DNA of 64,000 bases from Candidatus Limnocylindrales bacterium (GTDB taxonomy: Bacteria > Chloroflexota > Limnocylindria > Limnocylindrales > CSP1-4): positions 3 through 64,002 of the forward strand of contig JBEKPL010000007.1 in the NCBI GenBank assembly GCA_049520815.1. The letters run 5' to 3'. The translations under genes and the position numbers were made by a program. Positions 50,840 to 59,531 of the stretch are shown piece after piece. The notes under the pieces are model-generated. The model was not told the origin of the DNA, did not search any database, and worked only from the letters and a program-made list of their open reading frames with translations. How positions within the stretch are numbered: the first letter of the stretch is position 1; each line of letters begins with the position of its first letter.

Positions 50840-51928
50840 ATGCCCGCCACCCAGAACCCAAGCCGAGCCAATCTCCGGAGGCCGGGCGGCCTCGTCCGCC
50901 CGGGTATCGCGGCCGCCCATCTGCCCGTGGTGGAACTCGATCCACGGACCGCCTACGACTTTCTCACGAGCGCCTGCAACGAATGCGGCGAACTCGAGGA
51001 CCTGCTGGCGGAGGATCGCCGCTGGCTGGAAGAGTCCCGCGCGGCTCTCAAGATCGAGGTGGGCGAGGACGAGTACGTCGATGGATGCAGCAGCTTCACG
51101 TTTGAGATCGGCCGCATGCTCCCGGGCCGGCCGGAGATCCGCAGCGCCCGCAACGTCGTCGACGCCATCGACGCGCTCTCCGACCTTGAGCTGACCGAGG
51201 TCATGGCAGGAGAGCTGCTGGAGGACGCCGAGCTCGGCGCGGTCACTCGCCGGGCGGTCGATGGCGATCTGGAGGCCCTACGGGACCTTCAGGCCAGGCT
51301 CGAATCGAGCAAGGGCCACCCGGTCCTCCCCCGGCCGATGTCGGATCTGGCCCCGGCGACCCGGCGCATCGTCCATTTCTGGCTCCCGCGCTACGAGACG
51401 ATCGAGGCACGCGTCGCTCACATGCTCGAGCGCGACGTGGCCGGACGCCGCGGCGACGACATGGCCGGCGACCCCCTCGGTTTCGTCGAGCGGGCAACGA
51501 ATGGCGTCCGGGTGGTCCCAGAGCAACGGATCCGCCGCATCGTCCTGGCCCCCAGCTACTTCGGCCGCCCGTACAACTCGCACACCAAGGTCGGCGACGT
51601 GCAACTGATCTGCTATCCCATCGCGGACTCGTCGCTCGGATCGGCGGACAGGCTCACTCCCCCGAACTCCACGGTGCGCCTCTACCGTGCCCTGGGCGAC
51701 GAGAGCCGCCTGCGCATCCTCAAGCTCCTGGCCGAACGCGACCGCTATCTGACCGAGATCGCCAACGAGCTCGACCTGAGCAAGCCGACGATCTTGCACC
51801 ATCTCGCCACCCTCCGAAGCGCCGGCCTGGTGACGATCACCGAGCAGGGCAAAATGACCTACTACAGCCTTCGCCACGACCGCGCCAAGGAGGCCGGGGT
51901 GGAGCTTCGCGCCTTCCTGGCGCGCTGA
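50840..51928 (+). CDS. ArsR/SmtB-family HTH regulator with an unusually long (about 270 aa) N-terminal domain
   Basis: C-terminal LYRALGDESRLRILKLLAERDRYLTEIANELDLSKPTILHHLATLRSAGLV is a canonical ArsR winged helix. Confidence 0.8.
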   Translation: MPATQNPSRANLRRPGGLVRPGIAAAHLPVVELDPRTAYDFLTSACNECGELEDLLAEDRRWLEESRAALKIEVGEDEYVDGCSSFTFEIGRMLPGRPEIRSARNVVDAIDALSDLELTEVMAGELLEDAELGAVTRRAVDGDLEALRDLQARLESSKGHPVLPRPMSDLAPATRRIVHFWLPRYETIEARVAHMLERDVAGRRGDDMAGDPLGFVERATNGVRVVPEQRIRRIVLAPSYFGRPYNSHTKVGDVQLICYPIADSSLGSADRLTPPNSTVRLYRALGDESRLRILKLLAERDRYLTEIANELDLSKPTILHHLATLRSAGLVTITEQGKMTYYSLRHDRAKEAGVELRAFLAR

Positions 51929-51964
51929 TCCCGAGGGTTCCCATGCCTGATGTCACACCTTCCC

Positions 51965-51986
51965 GAGTTAGATCAGCAACTAACTC
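51965..51986. promoter_or_regulatory. second copy of the GTTAG-N8-CTAAC operator, upstream of the small-ORF/MFS operon
   Basis: Perfect inverted repeat GAGTTAG-N8-CTAACTC, plus a solitary CTAACAG half-site at 52002-52008. It lies just upstream of GGGGAGG and ATG 52024. Confidence 0.5.
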
Positions 51987-52023
51987 ATGTCATCTCGATT
52001 ACTAACAGGGGAGGACTTCACTC

Positions 52024-52239
52024 ATGTGGCCTGACACTCCCGAGCAGCGATTCGAGTACATAGCCCAGCGGCATGCGGAGCTCCGCGCCGAGGCCGCCGC
52101 CAACCGAGCGTGTCGGAAGCGAGCGGGCTCCGGCACGTACCGAATCCGCGGCCTCCACTTCCAGGTGGGAACCTTGCTGATCGTCGTCGGGCGTAGGCTG
52201 TGCGACGAAGACCGCCACCTTCTCGACGCCGCCCACTGA
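52024..52239 (+). CDS. small hypothetical protein preceding the MFS transporter
   Basis: 71-aa ORF with a strong SD (GGGGAGGA) 9 nt upstream. A charged helix (AQRHAELRAEAAANR) is followed by RIRGLHFQVGTLLIVVGRRL. Confidence 0.5.
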   Translation: MWPDTPEQRFEYIAQRHAELRAEAAANRACRKRAGSGTYRIRGLHFQVGTLLIVVGRRLCDEDRHLLDAAH

Positions 52240-52260
52240 CCACGAGGCGAAACAGACACG

Positions 52261-53580
52261 GTGACCGGCGCCCTCTGGCGGTATCTGCGCAGCTTCACGG
52301 GCTTCAGCCGCGACGCGCGGCTATTCCTGCTGACCACGATCGTCTTCGGGGCGGCACTCAGCCTCTACTGGATCGACTTCAACCTCTACCTGGAGTCGAT
52401 CGGGCTGGGTTGGGCCATCGGCTGGCTCATGGCGGCCTCGCAGCTGGCGGGCGTCATCGTGGCCCTGCCGGCCAGCGCGATCTCCGACAGGATCGGCCGG
52501 CGCAAGGTCATGGCCGCGGGAATAGCCCTGGTCGCGGTCGCACTGTTCGCGTTTCTGCCGGGTGACTTGCCTCTGCTCTTCCTGGGCGTGGTGGCTCTGG
52601 GCGCCGGGTCCATGGCCGTGAGCGTGGTGCAGGTCCCGTTCATCGCCGAGCACACACGGCCAGATCAGCGCAACGAGTACTTCGCGATCTGGTCGGCGAT
52701 CGGGTTCCTCACCGGCGTCGTGGCCGCCCTTGTGGGCGGTGCGGCGGCCCCGGAGATCGCCTCCCTCCTGAACCTGGGTTCGGACGCGGCACCGTATCAG
52801 ATCCTGCTGAGCGGAGTCGCCGTGCTGGGCGCTCTCTCGCTTGGGACCGTGTGGCTTCTCACCGGCGATGGGCCGCCGGCCGACCGAGCCCTGGCCACGG
52901 GTGCGCGCCGATTCGGCATCGTCGTCCTGGATCGGAAGCTCTTCTTCCGGCTGCTGTTGCCCGGATTCCTCACTTCTCTGGGTGCCGGCCAGCTGATCCC
53001 GTTCCTGAACGTCTTCATCCAGAACAAGTTCGGACTGGGCCTGGCCGCCGTGAACGCCGTTTTCGCCGTGAGCAGCCTCGGCACGGCGCTTGCGATCCTG
53101 GTCCAGCCGGCCGTGGCTCGCCGATTCGGTCGTATCGGATCCATCGTTCTAGTGCAGGGGGCCAGCCTTCCGTTCCTGGTCGTGCTCGGCTTCTCGCCGG
53201 TGCTGTGGACGGTGATCGTCGCCCTTGCCGTGCGCAACTCGCTGATGAACGCGGGCAGCCCGATCTTCGACGCCTTCGCTATGGAGCGCATCTCCCCGAC
53301 GGAGCGCGCCACCCTGTCCGCCGGAATGACGATGCTGTGGTCGCTCGGTTGGACGATCGCACCGCTGTACTACGGCGTTCTGCACGCCTCGCTTTCGTTC
53401 ACGGCCGCTTTCGCCGTGGACTTCGTCACGATCATCGTGCTGTACACGGTGGCCACGTGCCTGCTCTGGACCTGGTTCCGGGGCACCGACCGCGTGGCCG
53501 CTACGGCCGCGGACGAGGAGGCGACGCTGGCGGCTGCCGTGGTGGCTTCGGAAAGCCCCTCCCTCATCGAGAGGGCCTGA
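52261..53580 (+). CDS. MFS transporter
   Basis: About 12 hydrophobic helices, with an MFS loop motif (SDRIGRRKVM) between TM2 and TM3. Confidence 0.88.
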   Translation: MTGALWRYLRSFTGFSRDARLFLLTTIVFGAALSLYWIDFNLYLESIGLGWAIGWLMAASQLAGVIVALPASAISDRIGRRKVMAAGIALVAVALFAFLPGDLPLLFLGVVALGAGSMAVSVVQVPFIAEHTRPDQRNEYFAIWSAIGFLTGVVAALVGGAAAPEIASLLNLGSDAAPYQILLSGVAVLGALSLGTVWLLTGDGPPADRALATGARRFGIVVLDRKLFFRLLLPGFLTSLGAGQLIPFLNVFIQNKFGLGLAAVNAVFAVSSLGTALAILVQPAVARRFGRIGSIVLVQGASLPFLVVLGFSPVLWTVIVALAVRNSLMNAGSPIFDAFAMERISPTERATLSAGMTMLWSLGWTIAPLYYGVLHASLSFTAAFAVDFVTIIVLYTVATCLLWTWFRGTDRVAATAADEEATLAAAVVASESPSLIERA

Positions 53581-53583
53581 AAG

Positions 53584-54774
53584 CTAGGAGCTGGCGACGG
53601 CCGGGGGTGACCCTATTGCGCTCGGCACGCCTGAGTGGAGCGGCACGCCCGAAGGCAGAGGCACGCCCGTCCCGCTCGGCACGCACGAGTGGAGCGGCCC
53701 GCACGAGGGGAGCGGAACGCCCGAGGGGAGCGGAACGCCCGAAGGCAGAGGCACGCCCGTCCCGCTCGGCACGCGCGAAGGGACTCCGACCGGACTTACA
53801 TCCGGCGAAACGATGGGCTCGGCTTCGCTGCCCCCGAGAAGCGGATAAGGTAGCCAGCCGGATTGCAGAACCGCGGCCAGCTCCTCGGCGCTTTGCGCTG
53901 TGAAGTTGCCCGAGATCTCACCCTCGCCGCCGACGATCGTCGACTTGATGTAGGGCACCGAGAGGACCCTGCCGTCCAGCGCTATCGCGAAGTACTCGTT
54001 GATGTGTTGACCGGACCACGTCTCGAATGCAGTGGCTGCCGCCTCCTTGAAGGCAAAGTTCACGACCCAGGCCTCCGGGGACATCCTGGTGTCGACCGCG
54101 GCGCTGATTGCGCCCAGGTCCAGGTCCGCGCCGGTGAACTGAGCCGGCAGCGAGGGGTCAATCGAGTCGCCAGAACTCGGCACCGGCTTCGTTCCCGGCG
54201 TCTCGCCGGTCCCGTACGTCTCGGGCGGCAGCAGCACGAACTCGAGGTGACCGGTCTGGCCGATCAGTCTCCGGGCCTCCGCCGTGTCGGCGACGCCTTC
54301 CAACCAGACCGTGATCTGATCCGGCGGCGCCTCATTGACCGAATACGACGTCGCTCCCAGGGAGCCAGCGCGCTTGATGAGGACCGCCTTGGTCGCATCC
54401 AATTCGGCGGGGGTCACCTGGGTCCCGGCCGGATGCACCAGCTGATAGGAAAGGCCGAACCCATGGTCGCTGGGCGACGCCGGCGATCCGGAGAGCCCGG
54501 GGGTCCCGGCGAATGCGGCAGATCCATTTCCCTTGAAGGCCTGACTTCCCACGCCAACCGCAACGGCGACCACCACAAGCGCCGCGACCAGGACCAGCGG
54601 CGCGAGGCCGCCCGATCCAAGCCCGCTGCGCACAACCACCCTCGGGCGGACCTGTGCAGGCTCGGTGAAGGCCGGCCCCAACGCCGGCGGCTGCGGGATG
54701 AGCGGCTCGGCGCCGGCCAGTCGGCGGCGCACTCCATTCAGAATCTCGTCATCGGAATGCGGGTTCTCATTCAT
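53584..54774 (-). CDS. single-pass membrane protein with a SecD-P1-like extracytoplasmic domain, in the anti-sigma position
   Basis: ATGA overlap with the ECF sigma gene. One TM segment (LAPLVLVAALVVVAVAVGVG). ITVWLEGVADTAEARRLIGQTGHLEFVLL and FAIALDGRVLSVPYIKSTIVGGEGEISGNFT..EELAAVLQSGWLP resemble the SecD periplasmic head. The tail is a GVPLPS repeat. Confidence 0.6.
   Translation of the reverse strand: MNENPHSDDEILNGVRRRLAGAEPLIPQPPALGPAFTEPAQVRPRVVVRSGLGSGGLAPLVLVAALVVVAVAVGVGSQAFKGNGSAAFAGTPGLSGSPASPSDHGFGLSYQLVHPAGTQVTPAELDATKAVLIKRAGSLGATSYSVNEAPPDQITVWLEGVADTAEARRLIGQTGHLEFVLLPPETYGTGETPGTKPVPSSGDSIDPSLPAQFTGADLDLGAISAAVDTRMSPEAWVVNFAFKEAAATAFETWSGQHINEYFAIALDGRVLSVPYIKSTIVGGEGEISGNFTAQSAEELAAVLQSGWLPYPLLGGSEAEPIVSPDVSPVGVPSRVPSGTGVPLPSGVPLPSGVPLPSCGPLHSCVPSGTGVPLPSGVPLHSGVPSAIGSPPAVASS
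53618..53780 (-). repeat. in-frame tandem repeat of 18 nt (hexapeptide), about 9 units
   Basis: Units such as ggagcggaacgcccgagg and gcagaggcacgcccgtcc are repeated. They encode SGVPLP/SGTGVP-type repeats at the C-terminus of the 53584..54774 protein. Confidence 0.8.
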
Positions 54775-55337
54775 TGCCAGATCTCCGGGTTGCGGCGCAG
54801 GGCTGCGCAGGCTCGCGCGACGAGCGATCGAACGGCCGAGGCGGAGATCCCCAAGATCTCGCCGATCTGGTCGTCGTCCAGGTCGCGCTGGTAGCGCAGG
54901 ATCAGTACTTCACGCTGCCTATGCGACAGCTCACGAGCGAACCGCTCGAACCAGAGCCAGAACTCCGTTCGGCTGGTCCCGGCTTCCTCGGAAGGCTCGC
55001 GGGCGGGGCTCAGAGACCCGAGCGGCAGCCACGACAGGAGTCGCCGTCGCCGGGCTCGGTCGATGACCAGGCGCCTGGTGATGAGCAGCAGCCACGGCAG
55101 GGCCTGGCCCTCGGGTCCGTGGCCGGCTTGCCAGGCCGCAAAGGCCCGATGGAATGCCTCGGCGGAGACGTCTTCTGCGTCCTCGACCCGCCTCAGCATC
55201 AGCAATGCGTAGCGATACACATCGCGGTAGCGCTGCCGGTAAAGCGTGGCGAAGGTCTCGTCAAGCTCGTCCGTGCGAGCCTCCCCTACCAGCTCGAGCA
55301 CATCATCAATCCCCTTGTCGACGGTCGCTTCCATCAT
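54771..55337 (-). CDS. ECF (group IV) sigma-70 family RNA polymerase sigma factor
   Basis: Region 2 (FATLYRQRYRDVYRYALLML...DAEDV.AEAF) and region 4 (LS.RQREVLILRY..DL.D.QIGEILGIS..AV). Confidence 0.9.
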   Translation of the reverse strand: MMEATVDKGIDDVLELVGEARTDELDETFATLYRQRYRDVYRYALLMLRRVEDAEDVSAEAFHRAFAAWQAGHGPEGQALPWLLLITRRLVIDRARRRRLLSWLPLGSLSPAREPSEEAGTSRTEFWLWFERFARELSHRQREVLILRYQRDLDDDQIGEILGISASAVRSLVARACAALRRNPEIWQ

Positions 55338-55385
55338 GAACAGACTGACGAAGCAGCGGACGGTTCCGTCCCGCGCCGCGGATAC

Positions 55386-58300
55386 CTACCCCTGCAGCAC
55401 GGCGGGGCCCCGTGGCCGGCCCGGATCGGGCATCCACTCGCCCAGCGACCGGACCTCCGCAAGCCGCTCGCGCAGGTCCGGGTCCAGGGCCTCCGCGGCG
55501 GCGACGGCGGTCTCGATTGCGGTCAGGCACAGGATCCCCTCCGCCGTTGCGGCAAGACGGATCTCGGCGGCGTCCCGGACCGGGCCGGACTTGGGCGCGG
55601 GCGTGTTCACGACGAGCCGGACGCGGCCGGAGGCGATCAGCTCTAGGATCGGCACGCTGCCCTCCGCCGCCGTCTCGCCCACCTTGGCCACGACCTGCGC
55701 TTCGTATCCCAACCCACGCAGTTCCGCGGCCGTTCCCGAGGTGGCTGCGAACCGGTACCCGGCCCGAGCCAGGGCGTGGGCCACACGCGGCAGCTCCCCG
55801 TGGTCCCGTTCCGCGATGGAGATGAGCGCCAGCGCCCCGTCCGCCCCCGGCCGCGGTGGGATCAAGGCCGCGCCCTGCATCGCCTTGGCCAGAGCCACGC
55901 GCGGGTCCGTGTGCAATCCGATGACCTCGCCGGTGGACTGCATCCCCGGACCCACCGACGGATCCACTCCCCGCAGCTTGGCCGTGGAGAAGGCCGGCGC
56001 CTTGACAGCGACCAGCGACGGCGGCTCCAGCAGCCCGTTCCCCCACCCCATTCCCGCCAGCGTCTCCCCGAGCGCGATCCGGACGGCCAGCTTCACCATC
56101 GGCACGCCGGTCACCTTGCTCATGAACGGCACCGTCCGGCTGGCCCGCGGGTTGACCTCGATCAGGTACACGCCGTCGTCGCGAACGATGAACTGGGCGT
56201 TGACCAGCCCATGTACGTCCAGCGCCCGAACGATCCGATCCATGGCGTCGACGATCAGCCCCTGGTCGGATATCGAGACCGTCTGCGGCGGGAACATCCC
56301 CACCGAGTCGCCCGAATGGACGCCCGCCCGCTCCACGTGCTCCAGGAGGCCCGGGATCAAGACCGTCTCGCCGTCGGCGATCGCGTCCACGTCCACCTCG
56401 ATCCCTTCGAGGTAGCGGTCGATCCGGACCGGCCGATCGGGGTCCACGACCGTCGCCCGCGCCAGCTGGTCCACGAGGTCGGACGGCGAATATGAGAAGT
56501 CGATGGCGAGGCCGCCGATGACGAACGACGGCCGAACGATCACCGGGTAGCCGATCCGGTCGGCCAGCGCTAGCGCCTCCTCGATCGATCGAGCCATCCC
56601 GCCCTCTGGTTGTGGAATGCCGACCAGATCGACCAGGTTAGCGAAGCGGAGGCGGTCCTCCGCCTGATCGATCGTCTCCAGGTTGGCGCCCAGGAGCGGG
56701 ATCCCGGCCGCGGCCAGGGGCTCGGCCAGGTTGAGTGGTGTCTGGCCGCCGAACTGGACGAAGGCGCCCAGCATCGGCGCTCCCTCGGGCGTTTCGGCTT
56801 CCACCACGGAGCGCACGCTCTCCGGGTCCAGAGGCTCGAAGTAGAGGCGGGACGATGCGTCGAAGTCGGTCGAGACCGTTTCCGGGTTGGAGTTGATCAT
56901 GACCGCCTGCCAGCCCAGCTCGCGAAGCTCGGCCGCGGCCTGGACCGCGCAGTAGTCGAACTCGATCCCCTGCCCGATCCGCACCGGCCCCGAGCCGATG
57001 ACCAGCGCCGCCGGCCGCTCCACGGGCGGCAGCTCCGGGTCGGAACCGGCGGCCGCGTACGTGGCGTAGAAGTAGGGCGTCTCGGCGGCGAACTCCGCGG
57101 CGCACGTATCCACCATCGCGTAGCCGGGCACGAGGCCCAGCTCCATGCGGGCCAGCCGAATAGCCTCGGCAGTGACGCCGGCCATCATTGCCAGCTCGCG
57201 ATCCCCGAAGCCTTCGCGCTTCACGGTCGCCAGGAGAGTGGCCGCCTCCTCGTCCCGTGGATCGGCGATCCGCGCCCCGTACTTGCGAACCTCGCGCTCG
57301 AGCGCGATCGCCCGCTCGAGCTCCCTCAGGAACCACGGGGAGATGCCGGTGACGCCCCGGATCGTCTCGGCCGGCATGCCGCGCCGCAACAGGGCCAGGA
57401 TCCGCCACAGGCGCGAGTCGGACGGGGCCAGAAAGCGCTTCAAGACGATTGGGTAGGCGGCTCGTTCGGCGTGGGCCCTGGCCTCGCACATCAAGCCGCC
57501 GGCGTCGATCGTGACGATGGGCTGCGCGGGAGCGGGCTCCATCAGGTAGTCCAGCGTGGCCGCCCAGCCGTCGTTCTCGGCCAGGAAGCCGGCGCCCACC
57601 TGCTCCAGCGCACGCAGGGCCTTGTTCAGGGCCGAGCCGAAGGTTCGATCGATCGCCATCACCTCGCCGGTCGCCTTCATCTGGCTGCCCAGGGTTCGGT
57701 CGGCCGTGGGGAACTTGTCGAAGGGGAAACGCGGCAGCTTGACGACCAGGTAGTCCAGGGCCGGCTCGAAGGCCGCCACCGTCGTCCCGGTCACGACGTT
57801 CGGGATCTCCGCCAGCCGCCGGCCCACCGCGATCTGGGCCGCGACGCGCGCGATCGGATATCCCGTCGCCTTGGACGCCAGGGCGGATGACCGGCTGACG
57901 CGCGGGTTGACCTCGATGACCGCGTAGTCGGCGTTGTCAGGCGAGAGCGCGAACTGGATGTTGCAGCCGCCCTCCACGCCGAGCGCCCGAATGATCGCCA
58001 GGCTCGCCGAGCGAAGGCGCTGGTGGACCGGGTCCGGCAGCGTCTGCACCGGCGCGACCACGATCGAGTCGCCGGTGTGGACGCCGAGCGGGTCCACGTT
58101 CTCCATCGAGCAGATGGCGATGCAGGTGTCGTCCGCGTCGCGCATGACCTCGTACTCGATCTCCTGCCAGCCGACCAGGCAGCGCTCGATCATGACCTGC
58201 CCGATAGGGCTAAGGCGCAGCCCCGTCCGGACGCGCTCCCAGTAGGCCTCTTCGGTCTCGACGATGCCGCCGCCGGTGCCGCCCAGGGTGAAGGCGGGCC

Positions 58301-58836
58301 GGATGATCGCCGGCAGCCCGATCTTTTGGAGAGCCTCATGCGCCGCCCCGTCGCGCTCCTCGTCCGTTTCGCCCTCGATGATCCATGACGGCGCGTACGG
58401 CTGGCCGATCCGGTCCAGGAGGTCGCGGAACTTCTCCCGGTCCTCGGCCATCTCGATCGCCTCCAGGGTCCAGGGGCGTGCCGATGAGCCGGACGTTGTA
58501 GCGGTCGAGCACGCCGGCCTTGGCCAGCGCCACGGCCAGGTTGAGGCCGGTCTGGCCGCCCAGTCCGGCGAGCAGCCCCTCCGGCCGCTCTTTGGCGATG
58601 ACCTGCTCGATGGCCTCGACGGTCAGCGGCTCGAGGTAGACCACGTCCGCCACCTCGGCGTCGGTCATGATCGTGGCCGGGTTCGAGTTGACCAGGATCG
58701 TCCGGACGCCCTCGGCCCTCAGCGCGCGGCAGGCCTGCGTGCCGGCATAGTCGAACTCGGCCGCCTGGCCGATGACCACGGGCTTGGGCTTGGGCAGGCG
58801 CGGCGCCGTCGCCCGCGCCTCCGGCTGAGCCGTCAT
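55386..58836 (-). pseudogene. carB: carbamoyl-phosphate synthase large subunit, reading frame broken by a 7-bp tandem duplication
   Basis: The N-terminal 120 codons (58836 to about 58476; [21 protein letters not shown]...VRLIGTPL) and the remaining 1021 codons ([12 protein letters not shown]... to 55386) are in different frames. The junction is TCCAGGG-TCCAGGG (58462-58475). Deleting one copy restores [14 protein letters not shown]. Confidence 0.85.
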
Positions 58837-58925
58837 ACAAAAAAGCCACCGGCCTCGCGGGCTCGGTGGTTCAGCTTACAGGCGACCATGGACCTCCTTC
58901 CCGGCCTCTCTGGACCGGTACGCCG
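58833..58925 (-). promoter_or_regulatory. PyrR-type pyrimidine attenuator or leader upstream of carB, with an 18-codon uORF
   Basis: The minus strand reads GGUCCAGAGAGGCCGG (58905-58914 core), matching the remembered PyrR-binding consensus RUCCAGAGAGG. AAGGAGG and a uORF follow (58889 to 58833, [18 protein letters not shown]). The uORF TGA overlaps the carB ATG. Confidence 0.55.
58839..58869 (-). terminator. intrinsic terminator within the carB leader
   Basis: Minus strand: CCACCGAGCC-CGCGA-GGCCGGTGG followed by CUUUUUUG. It ends 2 nt before the carB ATG. Confidence 0.65.
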
Positions 58926-59207
58926 GCCTCACAGGACCGGCCGCAAAGGTTGCGCGTAGGTTATCACGAAGGCAAACAGGGTACGCGCCAGAGCGGGTAC
59001 GGGCCAGGGCCCCGATCAATGACACAACGTGTTGCGCATGCGGGCCGCAGTTCCGCCGCGTACGGTCAAGCGCCCGCTACGCCCGCTCGATGGGATTGTC
59101 AAGCCGACGCCGCAGCGACGTACTCGACGCCTGTCATCCCCTCGAAGAGACAATCTTGAGTCCAGAGCGTCGCGCCGTTCGCACGTGTGGCGGCCAGGAT
59201 GATGGCA

Positions 59208-59261
59208 TACCAACGAAAACACCAAGCCGAAGGCCAGGTCAGCTGCAAGCGCGGGTTGGGC
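59208..59261 (-). other. terminal attC candidate (degenerate)
   Basis: The minus strand has R'' GCCCAAC (59261-59255), exactly complementary to GTTGGGC at the start of this cassette. A possible R' GTTGGTA lies at 59214-59208. Only weak internal pairing was seen. Confidence 0.35.
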
Positions 59262-59265
59262 CGCC

Positions 59266-59493
59266 CTATCCCAATAGCGAAACCACATTCTGGACAACTA
59301 CGCCAATACTCTCTAGCTCTATACGGGCTCGTTCATCAAACTTCGAGATCGCGTCTGCCACAGCCACCAATCGAAAATCGCGCTCGCTGGTTTCATATAT
59401 GGACGTCCGCGGGCAGTTTGGGTAATTACACCCCAAAAATGCTAATGTGGAAATACCCAGCATTCTAAGAATATGCCTGAACCGAGAGTGCAT
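59266..59493 (-). CDS. hypothetical small protein, second ORF of the last cassette
   Basis: ORF ending 5 nt before the R'' box. ATG at 59493 (MHSRFRHILRML...). No family recognised, and it could be non-coding. Confidence 0.3.
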   Translation of the reverse strand: MHSRFRHILRMLGISTLAFLGCNYPNCPRTSIYETSERDFRLVAVADAISKFDERARIELESIGVVVQNVVSLLG

Positions 59494-59531
59494 CTGCAAG
59501 ACTTCGGAAGTCTCTCCCCCATCCGCTAGAA

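Noticed and set aside
53618-53780. Tandem repeats as a CRISPR array
   Set aside because: The units are 18 nt, contiguous and without spacers, and they lie in frame inside a coding sequence. No cas genes are present.
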